DNA from: Candidatus Latescibacterota bacterium
Lineage (GTDB): Bacteria; Latescibacterota; CBDEFO01
Reading direction: 5' to 3'
DNA length: 64,000 nucleotides
Assembly (NCBI GenBank): GCA_965237525.1
Contig: CBDEFO010000008.1
Span: 1,344,001-1,408,000 of the forward strand
Positions 20,886 through 30,834 of the stretch are shown in pieces. A program made the position numbers and the translations under genes. The notes below the pieces were generated by a model. The model worked only from the letters and a program-made list of their open reading frames with translations. It was not told the origin of the DNA and made no database searches. Position 1 is the first letter of the stretch. The number at the start of each line of letters is the position of its first letter.

Positions 20886-22925
20886 ATGAGATATATAATT
20901 TCCTATACTGTCCTCACACTGCTGGTCGCTTTGACTACGACTGTCCATGCACAGATTCTATTCGGACCTATCAACCATATAGTCGGGAGGCAACCCTCGT
21001 CACTCTTTAGGACAGATTTGGATGGAGATGGAGATAACGATCTGGCCGTGGCTCTTGGAGGCGCCAATGGTATATCAGTCTTGTTGAATAATGGAGATGG
21101 GACATTTTCAGGCAGGCGCGACTATGGTTCTGGGGATACTCCTTTTTCAATTTACAGTGCGGATTTAGATGGAGATGGGGATAATGACCTAATTGTGACT
21201 AATTTGGATGACGATAATGTCTCAGTGTTGTTCAACAATGGAGACGGCACATTTCCTGACAGGTTGAACTATAGAACTGGGAACGGTCCCAGATCAGTCT
21301 TCAGTGCAGATTTAGATGGAGACGGTGACAATGACCTATCCGTGGCAAACGGCGGCAGCAAGAGTGTATCAGTGTTGCTGAATAAGGGAGATGGAACATT
21401 CGGAACTAAAGTGGACTATGAGACTGGGAGAAGTCCCACATCAGTTTCCGCCGTAGACTTAGATAGAGACGGCGATAGTGACTTAGCTGTAACTAACTGG
21501 CTCGATAATAATATTTCAGTGTTGTTGAATAATGGAGATGGGACATTTTCAGCCAAAGTGGACTACGACGTCGGAAGGCGTCCCCTGTCAGTGTTCAGCA
21601 TAGATTTAGATAGAGATGGAGACGGAGATAATGACCTAACTACGGCTAATGACTTCGGCAATGATGTATCTGTGTTGTTGAATAATGGAGACGGGACATT
21701 TGTAACTAGGGCGCTCTATGACGCCGGGGATGCTCCCAGATCAGTTTTCAGTGCAGATTTAGATGGAGATGGAGATAATGACCTGACTGTGGCTAATTTT
21801 CAGAGCAATAATGTATCAGTACTGTTGAACAATGGAGATGGAACATTTGCACCTAAAGTGGACTATGACGCCGGGGATGGTCCCAGATCAGTTTTCAGTA
21901 CAGATTTAGATGGGGATCGAGATAATGACCTGGCTGTGGTTAGCATGCACAGCGATGATGTGTCAGTGTTGTTAAATAACGGAGATGGTACATTTGCACC
22001 TAAAGTGGACTATGGCGTTGGCGATAGTGCCTTTTCAGTTTTCAGTGCAGATTTGGATGGTGATGGTGGTAATGACCTAGCTGTGGCTAATTTGGACAGC
22101 AATAATGTATCAGTTTTGTTGAATAATGGAGATGGAACATTCGTACCTAAAGTGGACTATAGGACTGGAACAGGTCCAATCTCAGTATTCATTGCGGATT
22201 TAGACGTGGATGGTGATAATGACCTAATTGTAGCTAATCTGGGAGGTAATAGTGTATCAGTGTTAATGAATAACGGAGATGGCACTTTTGTAACCAAGGT
22301 AGACTATAAAACTGCGAACGGTCCCAGATCAGTTTTCAGCGTAGACTTAGATGGAGATGGAGACAATGACCTAACTGTAGCTAATCTGGCCAGTAATAGT
22401 GTATCAGTGTTAATGAATAACGGAGATGGAACATTCGCACCTAAAGTGGACTATGGCGTGGAGGATGGTCCCAGATCAGTTTTCAGTGTAGATTTGGATG
22501 GAGACGGTGACAATGACCTATCCGTGGCTAACGGCGGCAGCAATACTGTGTCAGTGTTGCTGAATAAGGGAGATGGAACATTTGCAGGCAAGGTGAACTA
22601 TGGAACTGAGATTAGTCCCTTTTCACTTTTCAGTATAGATTTAGATGGAGATAGTGATAATGACCTAACAGTAGCTAATGGGAACAGCGATAATGTGTCA
22701 GTGTTGTTGAATCGGTCTGATATCCCTGTTGGTGTCCCTGGACTTGTAGGAGATTTCGACGGGGATAATGAAGTAGGTCTTTCCGATTTTGTACTTTTTC
22801 TAGATGTGTTCGGGGCGACGACCAGTTCACCGGATTGGGATCCCACATTTGATTTGGATACTAACGAAGAGATCGGTCTGTCCGACTTCGTGATCTTTCT
22901 GGATAACTTCGGCAGGACAGGGTAG
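20886..22925 (+). CDS. Secreted FG-GAP/VCBS repeat protein (12 repeats of ~49 aa) with C-terminal EF-hand/dockerin-like pair
   Basis: Signal peptide; repeated DLDGDGDNDL..AN...VSVLLNNGDGTF; GDFDGDNEVGLSDF / DLDTNEEIGLSDF. Confidence 0.9.
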   Translation: MRYIISYTVLTLLVALTTTVHAQILFGPINHIVGRQPSSLFRTDLDGDGDNDLAVALGGANGISVLLNNGDGTFSGRRDYGSGDTPFSIYSADLDGDGDNDLIVTNLDDDNVSVLFNNGDGTFPDRLNYRTGNGPRSVFSADLDGDGDNDLSVANGGSKSVSVLLNKGDGTFGTKVDYETGRSPTSVSAVDLDRDGDSDLAVTNWLDNNISVLLNNGDGTFSAKVDYDVGRRPLSVFSIDLDRDGDGDNDLTTANDFGNDVSVLLNNGDGTFVTRALYDAGDAPRSVFSADLDGDGDNDLTVANFQSNNVSVLLNNGDGTFAPKVDYDAGDGPRSVFSTDLDGDRDNDLAVVSMHSDDVSVLLNNGDGTFAPKVDYGVGDSAFSVFSADLDGDGGNDLAVANLDSNNVSVLLNNGDGTFVPKVDYRTGTGPISVFIADLDVDGDNDLIVANLGGNSVSVLMNNGDGTFVTKVDYKTANGPRSVFSVDLDGDGDNDLTVANLASNSVSVLMNNGDGTFAPKVDYGVEDGPRSVFSVDLDGDGDNDLSVANGGSNTVSVLLNKGDGTFAGKVNYGTEISPFSLFSIDLDGDSDNDLTVANGNSDNVSVLLNRSDIPVGVPGLVGDFDGDNEVGLSDFVLFLDVFGATTSSPDWDPTFDLDTNEEIGLSDFVIFLDNFGRTG

Positions 22926-22936
22926 CCTTACGGTCA

Positions 22937-22984
22937 GAGACGAAGAGATTCGTACAGACGAGGAAGCTGATCTTGATGAGGTAG
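22937..22984 (+). pseudogene. Orphan 3' tail of a FlgD-Ig/T9SS-type CTD
   Basis: Encodes ETKRFVQTRKLILMR*, matching ETEGFVQTRKLVLMR* ending at 5042. Confidence 0.7.
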
Positions 22985-23094
22985 TTCCTGGTATCAGGTG
23001 ACCGATGTTACAGGATTACGCATACAATTAGTCGGAGGTCTGATTCAGCTATGCCCCGCGGAACAGGCGGGACAACAACATTTGCAGTTCATAG

Positions 23095-23211
23095 ACAAGA
23101 AGCAGTGTGATGGGTGATGCTACTAGGGTGACTGTGGAAAAAGGGTAGGAAATTCTGGAAGCTGCGATTGAGGGACTCATTGAATTGATGAGAGATTTGA
23201 GAGGGACATAG
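23095..23211 (+). pseudogene. Creatininase-family C-terminal remnant
   Basis: TRSSVMGDATRVTVEKG*EILEAAIEGLIELMRDL resembles the SGVxGDxxxATAEKG motif; TAG at 23146. Confidence 0.5.
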
Positions 23212-23292
23212 ATTCCACACTACTGGGATCAACGTGAGCCTTACGCGTAGGATATTTTTCGATTTCAACTATGGATAGTCAGGAGATAGCAT

Positions 23293-24093
23293 ATGAAAAT
23301 GAAAGACAAAACGGCAATCATAACGGGAGGAGGTAGAGGAATCGGAAGGGCTATAGCCTTAGCCTTTGCCACAGAAGGATCGAATATAGTCCCTGTAGCA
23401 AGGACCGAATCAGAAATAGCGAAAGTGGCAAAGGAGGCGCAGTCATTAGGTGTCGAGGCGCTTCCTTTGAAGGCAGATGTGTCAGCAGAAAGCGACGTTT
23501 ACGCTATGGTCGAAAGGACGATGAACGTCTTCGGCAGGATTGACGTCCTCGTCAACAACGCTGGAGCGATCTACAGGGAGTTCCTCGAGGAGCTGACAGT
23601 TGGTCAGTGGGACGAAACTATGGCCGTGAATTTAAGGGGCACGTTTCTCTGCTCAAAGGCTGTGATAGAGATTATGATGGAGCAAAAGAGCGGACATATA
23701 ATTAACATTTCATCTGTGGCTGGGAAGAGAGGTTTCCCGAAGCGAACGGCGTACTGTGCCTCCAAGTTCGCTGTTGTTGGTTTCACAGAGGCCCTATTTG
23801 AGGAAGTTAAGGAGTTCAACATCAAGGCGAACGTGATCTGTCCGGCGATGGTGGAGACGAAAATGACGAGGGACGGTTTTCCAGATGCGGATTGGTCCAA
23901 GTGGATGGACCCCCAAGACATAGCCCATGCGGCTCTATTTTTGGCTGTGCAGTCCCCCAGGGCGGCGACGCTGGAGGTGGTGGTGGAAAACTCCAAGCCG
24001 GCGTGGGAGACTCCCGATAAGCAAGAGGTCATCCGAACAGGTTTCGAAAAGATGTCCTATTGTGATGATTCTGTAACATGTTCAATTAAATAA
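23293..24093 (+). CDS. SDR family oxidoreductase
   Basis: TGGGRGIG, NNAG, YCASK. Confidence 0.95.
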   Translation: MKMKDKTAIITGGGRGIGRAIALAFATEGSNIVPVARTESEIAKVAKEAQSLGVEALPLKADVSAESDVYAMVERTMNVFGRIDVLVNNAGAIYREFLEELTVGQWDETMAVNLRGTFLCSKAVIEIMMEQKSGHIINISSVAGKRGFPKRTAYCASKFAVVGFTEALFEEVKEFNIKANVICPAMVETKMTRDGFPDADWSKWMDPQDIAHAALFLAVQSPRAATLEVVVENSKPAWETPDKQEVIRTGFEKMSYCDDSVTCSIK

Positions 24094-24106
24094 CCGGAGA
24101 CCCGCT

Positions 24107-25870
24107 ATGTCAATCTCGGAAACGCTGTCTTATCAACCATCAGAAGACACATTGGACTGCTCCCGGATGAACGGCTGGGATATTGTGGTCTCTGACGACG
24201 CGATCCCTTCTGAAAAGTATGCAGCCGAAGAGTTCCAGAAGTGGTTCGGGCGGGCCACTGGGATACAGTTGCCCTTGCGTTCGACCGCCCACGGGGGATC
24301 CGATCACGTCTACATCGGTCCGGATGCAGCCGACACAATGGGAGAGGAGGAACTGCAGATCGTTGTTGAGAACGATCGAGTTATTATTTCTGGCGGGCGT
24401 CCACGCGGCACGCTCTACGGTGTCTATCAGTTCCTGGAAGATTTCTTTCATGTGCGCTTCCTCACGTATGACCACACGCATGTCCCGGATGCATCTGCGC
24501 CGAAGATCCCCTGCGGGACATATACATACAATCCACCATTTTCGTTCCGGTGGAGCGCTTACGGCGAGAATACAGAGCATCCAGAATTCGCGGGTCGACT
24601 GCGAGTAAACACAGTCACAGATGATGAACGATTGGGGGGAAAGACGGAGCAGACGCTCATCAACCACACCTTCCATTGGCTGGTGCCCTTCTCCGAACAC
24701 GGGGCAGATCACCCGGAGTACTACGCACTGGTGGACGGAAAGCGCCATACCGACACGAGCTGGGCCGGCCCCCAACTATGTGTCACGAATGCGGAAGTCT
24801 TGGAAATTGCTGCAGACGCTGCGATTAAACATCTGGATGATCATCCTGAGATCAAAAACGTCAGTGTCAGCCAGGCGGATAGCGATTGGTACTGCCGGTG
24901 CGACCCGTGTGAGGAGATCAACCAACGGGAAGGCACGCCAATGGGCTCACAGCTAACGTTCGTCAACGCCGTAGCCGAGCGTGTAGAAAGAGCACATCCG
25001 GATGCCAAAGTCGGCACGCTTGCTTATTGGTACACCCGCAAGCCGCCTGAGACTATCCGACCGCGACATAACGTCCAGATCCAGCTTTGCAGCATCGAGT
25101 GTTGCACCCTTCACCCGATAGATGATCCAAACTGCGAGAAGAATCGAGCGTTCTGCCGGGATACGGATGAATGGGGGAAGATCTGCAATGACATTTGGGT
25201 CTGGAATTACGACACCAATTTCCGCGCTTACGATCTGCCCTTCCCAAATTTGCGTGCTATCGGTCCGAACGTCCGCTACTTTCTGCGCAACAACGCAAAG
25301 GGCTTGTTCATGCAAGCGGTTCATAATGGCACAGCAGGGGAGCTTTGCGATCTTCGGAATTATCTGATCGGGCACATAATCTGGAATCCCCATCTGGATG
25401 ACCGAGCCATCTTACAGGAATTTGTCAGGCTGCACTACAAAAGCGCAGCTCAACCGATCATAGATTACATCAACATGCTCCATGACAACGCCGAAGAAGT
25501 GAGGGTTCACCCGAACTGCTTCCCATCAGTAGAGGAGGTGGGGCTGAATCCGGAGGTCTCGCAAAGAATCTTCGACTATTTTGAGCAAGCTCTGGCCCTT
25601 GCGGACGATGACGACGTCCGGGCGCGTGTCCAGAAGGCTTCGATCTGCGCTTACAAGGCTATGCTCGTTGCGGGGGGCGAAATGGAAGCAGCAACGCGCG
25701 CCGGACTAGTTGACCGCTATATCATCCTGGGCGAACGCTACCAGATGACCCACGTTGCAGAACAAACGATCGCCTCCGAATACTTCAAACTACAAAGAGC
25801 CCATCTGCCGGACGAGGAATTGCATATAGAGTACGAGGAATGGGTGAAGGAAGCGATAAAGAGAGGTTGA
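24107..25870 (+). CDS. DUF4838 glycoside-hydrolase-like protein, copy 1
   Basis: RGTLYGVYQFLE, HPEYYALVDG, QLCVTN, CRCDPC, GTLAY. Confidence 0.8.
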   Translation: MSISETLSYQPSEDTLDCSRMNGWDIVVSDDAIPSEKYAAEEFQKWFGRATGIQLPLRSTAHGGSDHVYIGPDAADTMGEEELQIVVENDRVIISGGRPRGTLYGVYQFLEDFFHVRFLTYDHTHVPDASAPKIPCGTYTYNPPFSFRWSAYGENTEHPEFAGRLRVNTVTDDERLGGKTEQTLINHTFHWLVPFSEHGADHPEYYALVDGKRHTDTSWAGPQLCVTNAEVLEIAADAAIKHLDDHPEIKNVSVSQADSDWYCRCDPCEEINQREGTPMGSQLTFVNAVAERVERAHPDAKVGTLAYWYTRKPPETIRPRHNVQIQLCSIECCTLHPIDDPNCEKNRAFCRDTDEWGKICNDIWVWNYDTNFRAYDLPFPNLRAIGPNVRYFLRNNAKGLFMQAVHNGTAGELCDLRNYLIGHIIWNPHLDDRAILQEFVRLHYKSAAQPIIDYINMLHDNAEEVRVHPNCFPSVEEVGLNPEVSQRIFDYFEQALALADDDDVRARVQKASICAYKAMLVAGGEMEAATRAGLVDRYIILGERYQMTHVAEQTIASEYFKLQRAHLPDEELHIEYEEWVKEAIKRG

Positions 25871-25885
25871 AAGGGAGGAATCTAT

Positions 25886-26140
25886 ATGCCGTTTACAGAG
25901 GAACAAGCCCAGTTCCATGACGAGAATAACTATGTAATCGCTGCTTATGTCATCGAGTCCCGGCGTCTGCGGGTACTTCACGGCCGCTATGATGAGTTGA
26001 TCGCCGAAGGTCCCCCAAAAGGTCACAACGAAGGCAGGCCGATCAATCAGTCGAAGTCGGAAGATTTGAAGCGATTGGCTGAAGCATTATGGGCTTATGA
26101 CCATTCCCCGTTTGAGACGTTTCAACTTATGAGTCGTTAA
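25886..26140 (+). pseudogene. Small ORF, likely a PhyH N-terminal remnant
   Basis: MPFTEEQAQFHDENNYVI resembles MRLTPEQKTFYADNGFL at 18122; good RBS but no catalytic part. Confidence 0.4.
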
Positions 26141-26170
26141 CCTGTTCAATTGACAGCCGGAGAGCCAAAT

Positions 26171-27867
26171 ATGTCAATTTCGAAAACGCTGTCTTACCGA
26201 CCATCAGAAGGCACATTGGACTGCTCCCAGATGAATGGCTGGGATATAGTCGTCTCTGACGAGGCGATATCTTCCGAAGAATATGCAGCCGAAGAGTTCC
26301 AGAAGTGGTTCGGTCAGGCCACGGGAATAGAACTTCCCTTGAAGTCAACCGCCCGGGGGAGAGCCGATCACGTCTATATAGGTCCAGACGCAGCCGCGAC
26401 GATGGGAGAGGAGGAACTGCTGATCGTAGTTGAGAGCGATCGAGTTTTTATCTCTGGCGGGCGTCCCCGCGGCACGCTCTACGGAGTCTATCAGTTCCTG
26501 GAAGATTTCTTTCATGTGCGCTTCCTCACATATGACCACACTCACGTTCCGGATGCGTCTGACTCCAGAATATCCTGCGGGACATATACATACAGTCCAC
26601 CATTTTCGTTCCGGTGGAGCGCTTACTATGAGAATAGGGAGCACCCGGAATTCGCGGCGCGACTGCGGGTAAATACAGTCACAGACGATGAAAAGTTGGG
26701 GGGCAAGACACAGCAGACGCTCATCAACCACTCCTTCCGCATGCTGGTGCCCTTCGATGAGTACGGTGCAGATCACACGGAGTATTACGCACTGGTGGAC
26801 GGAAAGCGCCATACCGACAAACACGGCGCCGGTCCGCAGTTGTGTGTCACAAACCCGGAAGTCATGCGGATTGCCACTGAAGCGTCGATTAGATATCTGG
26901 ATGAAAATCCTGAGATCAAAAACGTAAGCGTCAGCCAGGCGGATACCGATGCGTACTGCCGGTGTGTGGCCCGTGCGAAAAGATCAATCAACGCGAAGGC
27001 ACGCCTATGGGCTCACAGCTTGCATTTGTCAACGCTGTAGCTGAGCGTGTAGAAAGAGCACATGCGGACGCCAAAGTCGGCACGCTTGCCTATTGGTACA
27101 CCCGCAAGCCGCCTAAAACAATCCGACCGCGACATAACGTCCAGATCCAGCTTTGCAGCATCGAGTGCTGCACCCTCCACCCTATAGATGACCCAAATTG
27201 CGAGAAGAATCGGGAATTCTGCCGGGATATGGATGAATGGGGGAAGATCTGCAACGATATCTGGGTCTGGAACTACAACACCAATTTCAGCATTTACGAT
27301 TTGCCCTTCCCAAATCTGCGCTCCATCGGCCCGAACGTGCGCTACTTTCTGGGCAACAACGCGAAGGGCGTGTTCATGCAGGGTAACCACAACGGCAGGA
27401 CAGGTGAACTTTGCGATATTAGGAATTACCTGATCGGGAAAATGATCTGGAATCCGCACCTAGATGATCGGGCTGTAGTGGAGGAATTTGTCGGACTGCA
27501 CTACAAGGGCGCAGCGGAGCTAATCATGGATTATATCAACATGCTCCATGACAACTCCGAAAAGAAAGGGCTTCACCTGGGCTGCTTCCCATCACCAGAG
27601 GAAGTAGGACTGAATTCGGAGCTCTCACGGAGAGCCTTCGACTACTTTGAGCAGGCTCTGGCTCTTGCTGAAGATGACGACGTCCGGGTGCGTGTCGAGA
27701 AGGCTTCGATCTCCGCTTACAAAGCGATGATCGTTGCAGGAGGGGACATGGAAGCGGGGGAGCGCGCCAGACTGATCGGACACTATATCGCCCTGTGCGA
27801 ACGCTACCAGATGACCCACGTTTCAGAACAAGTGCAGGCCTCCGAATATTTCAAGGAGCTCAGGTGA
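26171..27867 (+). pseudogene. DUF4838 protein copy 2, frameshifted
   Basis: Extra GT in CGGTGTGTGGC at ~26962-26967 splits the CRCxxC motif between two ORFs. Confidence 0.85.
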
Positions 27868-28044
27868 AATCTGTCTGTCACAGCACCGATCTCTAAATCA
27901 AGAGGACTCGGGTGTTTTGTCGCTGCCGGCGACGTGGGACAAGCATTGATCCAGCGTGACTGCGGCGGCGGCCTCAGCTTTCGAGCTGACCAGAGGGTTG
28001 ACACCGTTGCTGTAATCTTTTCAATTAACAACTGGAGGCCTTAT

Positions 28045-29769
28045 ATGTCAATCTCGAAAACTCTCTCTCATCAACCATCAGAAGGTACATTAGACTGCTC
28101 CCGGATGAACGGCTGGGATATTGTGGTCTCTGACAACGCTATCCCCTCTGAAAAGTATGCATCCGAAGAGTTCCAGAAGTGGTTCGGGAACGCCACGGGA
28201 ATAGAACTTCCATTGCGGTCGACCGCCCAAGAGAAAGCCGATCACGTCTATATAGGTCCGGATGCTGCGGCTTTTGATTCTGCCGCTCCCCGATTGAATC
28301 TATGGGGGATGGGAGAAGAGGAGCTGCAGATCGTCGTGGAAACTGATCACGCCATTATCTCTGGCGGGCGTCCCCGCGGCACGCTCTACGGTGTCTATCA
28401 GTTTCTCGAAGATTTCTTTCATGTGCGCTTCCTCACGTATGACCACACTCACGTTCCAGATGCGTCTGATCCCAGGATACCCTGCGGGACATATACATAC
28501 AATCCACCATTTTCGTTCCGTTGGAGCGCTTACCTGGAGAATATGGAGCACCCGGAATTTGCGGCGCGACTGCGGGTAAACACAGTGACAGACGATGAAA
28601 AGTTGGGGGGCAGGACGCAGCAGACTCTCATCAACCACTCCTTCCACAGGCTGGTGCCCTTCGATGAATACGGCGCAGATCACCCGGAATACTACGCGCT
28701 GGTGGATGGCAAGCGCCATACCGACAAGTACGGCGCCGGTCCGCAGTTGTGTGTCACAAACCCGGAAGTCATCCAGGTTGCTGCAGAAGCTGCGATTAAG
28801 AGCCTAGATGAAATTCCCCAGAGCAAAAACGTAAGTGTAAGCCAGGCGGATACGCGTGCGTACTGCCGGTGCGACTCTTGCGAAGAGGTCAACGAGCGTG
28901 AAGGGGCACCGATGGGATCACAACTTGCGTTCGTCAACGCTGTGGCAGAGCGTGTAGAAAGAGCACATGCGGACGCCAAAGTCGGCACGCTTGCTTACCA
29001 GTACACCCGCAAGCCGCCGGTGACCATGCGACCGCGACATAACGTCCAGATCCAGCTTTGCAGCATCGAATGCTGCACCCTCCACCCTATAGATGATCCT
29101 AAGTGCGAGAAGAATCACGCATTCTGTCAGGATATGGATGAGTGGGGGAAGATCTGCAATGACATCTGGGTCTGGAACTACAACACCAATTTCAGCATTT
29201 ACGATCTTCCGTTCCCAAATTTGCGCGCCATCGGTCCGAACGTCCGCTACTTCCTGCGCAACAACGCAAAGGGCGTGTTCATGCAGGCTAACCACAACGG
29301 AAGGACAGGCGAACTCTGCGATATTAGGAATTATCTGATCGGGCAAATGATCTGGAATCAGCAACTGGATGATCAAGCTATCCTGGAGGAATTTGTCAGG
29401 CTGCACTACAAGAGCGCAGGTCAACCAATTATGGATTACATCAACATGCTCCATGACAACGCCGAAGAACTGGGAGTTCACCCGCGCTTTCCGACACCAG
29501 AGGAGGCAGGTCTGAATCCGGAGGTCTCGCAGAAGGCCTTCGACTACTTTGAGCAAGCTCTAACGCTTGCGGACGATGACGACGTCCGGGCGCGTGTCGA
29601 GAAGGCTTCGATCTCCGCTTACAAGGCGATGATCCTCGCAGGAGGGGAAATGGAAGCGGGGGAGCGCGCCAGACTGATCGAACACTATATCAACTTGTGC
29701 GAACGCTACGAGATGACCCACGTTTCAGAACAGGTGCTGGCCTCCGAATACTTCAAGGAGCTCAGGTGA
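28045..29769 (+). CDS. DUF4838 protein copy 3, with an in-frame 21-bp hairpin insert
   Basis: Paralog of copies 1 and 2; PRLNLWG is encoded by the repeat at 28288..28308. Confidence 0.8.
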   Translation: MSISKTLSHQPSEGTLDCSRMNGWDIVVSDNAIPSEKYASEEFQKWFGNATGIELPLRSTAQEKADHVYIGPDAAAFDSAAPRLNLWGMGEEELQIVVETDHAIISGGRPRGTLYGVYQFLEDFFHVRFLTYDHTHVPDASDPRIPCGTYTYNPPFSFRWSAYLENMEHPEFAARLRVNTVTDDEKLGGRTQQTLINHSFHRLVPFDEYGADHPEYYALVDGKRHTDKYGAGPQLCVTNPEVIQVAAEAAIKSLDEIPQSKNVSVSQADTRAYCRCDSCEEVNEREGAPMGSQLAFVNAVAERVERAHADAKVGTLAYQYTRKPPVTMRPRHNVQIQLCSIECCTLHPIDDPKCEKNHAFCQDMDEWGKICNDIWVWNYNTNFSIYDLPFPNLRAIGPNVRYFLRNNAKGVFMQANHNGRTGELCDIRNYLIGQMIWNQQLDDQAILEEFVRLHYKSAGQPIMDYINMLHDNAEELGVHPRFPTPEEAGLNPEVSQKAFDYFEQALTLADDDDVRARVEKASISAYKAMILAGGEMEAGERARLIEHYINLCERYEMTHVSEQVLASEYFKELR

Positions 29770-29855
29770 ATTGGGTCTGTCAGATTCTGAAGTGATCCCC
29801 ACATCTACAGGACTCGTGCCCCCTGTCATGCCTTCTTGGATACGACGCGGGGTAA

Positions 29856-30764
29856 CTATAAATCCCACGCAGACGCAACGGCGCGCGCCTGGCTTGCGAG
29901 TTCCTCCCGGCTTTCGCCCTTTTGCCCGTTGATGACTTCAAACGTCCAGACACCTGCATAAACGACCCGTTGCAGCGCCGACCGGATAGCCTGCCAATCC
30001 AGACCCCCTTGCGTCGGGACCCAGTGATTGTCGCGGGGCTGATCAGCGTCCACATCTTGCAGGTGAGTGCCCCAGAGGTGATCACCCGCAGCCTCGATTT
30101 CCGAGACGGGATCGATGCCCGATGTCCAGGCATGCCCGGTGTCAACCACCAGTCCGACCTGTTCCGGTGGATATGCGTCAACGAAGGGGCGCAGTTGATG
30201 CATTGCAATCAATGGGTAGTCAATCGGCTCATCGCTAGCAATTACGTTGAGTTCGGGAGCTTGGTCCATCACCCAACTGTCAGCCTTGCCTATGGTGTAA
30301 GGCAGGTTTTCAAGCAACATCCGAACCCCCGCCTCGGCGGCCACAGGTATCAGCTCATCCAGAGACCGCTTTACCGCATCTTCCATAGGCAGGAGAAACG
30401 ACGCGATATCCGTATTCGGGAGGAATTTCGGGTTTGGCACCGGATGGATGATGACGCCGGCTGCACCGATCTCGCCCGCAAACAGAAGGTGATCGGCCAG
30501 TACCTTAACCTTTTCCTGCCGCCAGTCCTCAGTGGGTGCGCCGAGCACGTGATATCCGGGCGGCGCGTGCAGCGTAGTGGCGAGCAGTTGTCGGCGTTCG
30601 ATCTGCCGACGCACCTCGGCCGCAACTTGCCCGGACGGAGGCCCAGGCGCATGCGGGACCGCTGCCACTTCAATACAAGGAAATCCTGCCGCTGCAATCC
30701 CGTCCAGCGCTGCCTCCAGATCACGATCATTAAATCCTACCGTGCTATAACTGATTTTCGTCAT
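29856..30764 (-). CDS. Sugar phosphate isomerase/epimerase (xylose isomerase-like TIM barrel)
   Basis: LLENL, VDTGH, HLQD, HWVP..G.LDW, TFE. Confidence 0.85.
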   Translation of the reverse strand: MTKISYSTVGFNDRDLEAALDGIAAAGFPCIEVAAVPHAPGPPSGQVAAEVRRQIERRQLLATTLHAPPGYHVLGAPTEDWRQEKVKVLADHLLFAGEIGAAGVIIHPVPNPKFLPNTDIASFLLPMEDAVKRSLDELIPVAAEAGVRMLLENLPYTIGKADSWVMDQAPELNVIASDEPIDYPLIAMHQLRPFVDAYPPEQVGLVVDTGHAWTSGIDPVSEIEAAGDHLWGTHLQDVDADQPRDNHWVPTQGGLDWQAIRSALQRVVYAGVWTFEVINGQKGESREELASQARAVASAWDL

Positions 30765-30834
30765 GACAATAGTCCCGATCCGAGATTTGCCAGATAAGCT
30801 CCGCCCCACATCAGTCCTGAAACTCTTCCAGTAG

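Noticed and set aside
21010..22715. ~147-bp tandem repeats as a DNA-level array
   Set aside because: They are coding FG-GAP/VCBS repeats with synonymous variation.
23055..23071. CCCGCGGAACAGGCGGG small hairpin as another repeat family
   Set aside because: Only one copy is in the window, so it cannot be supported.
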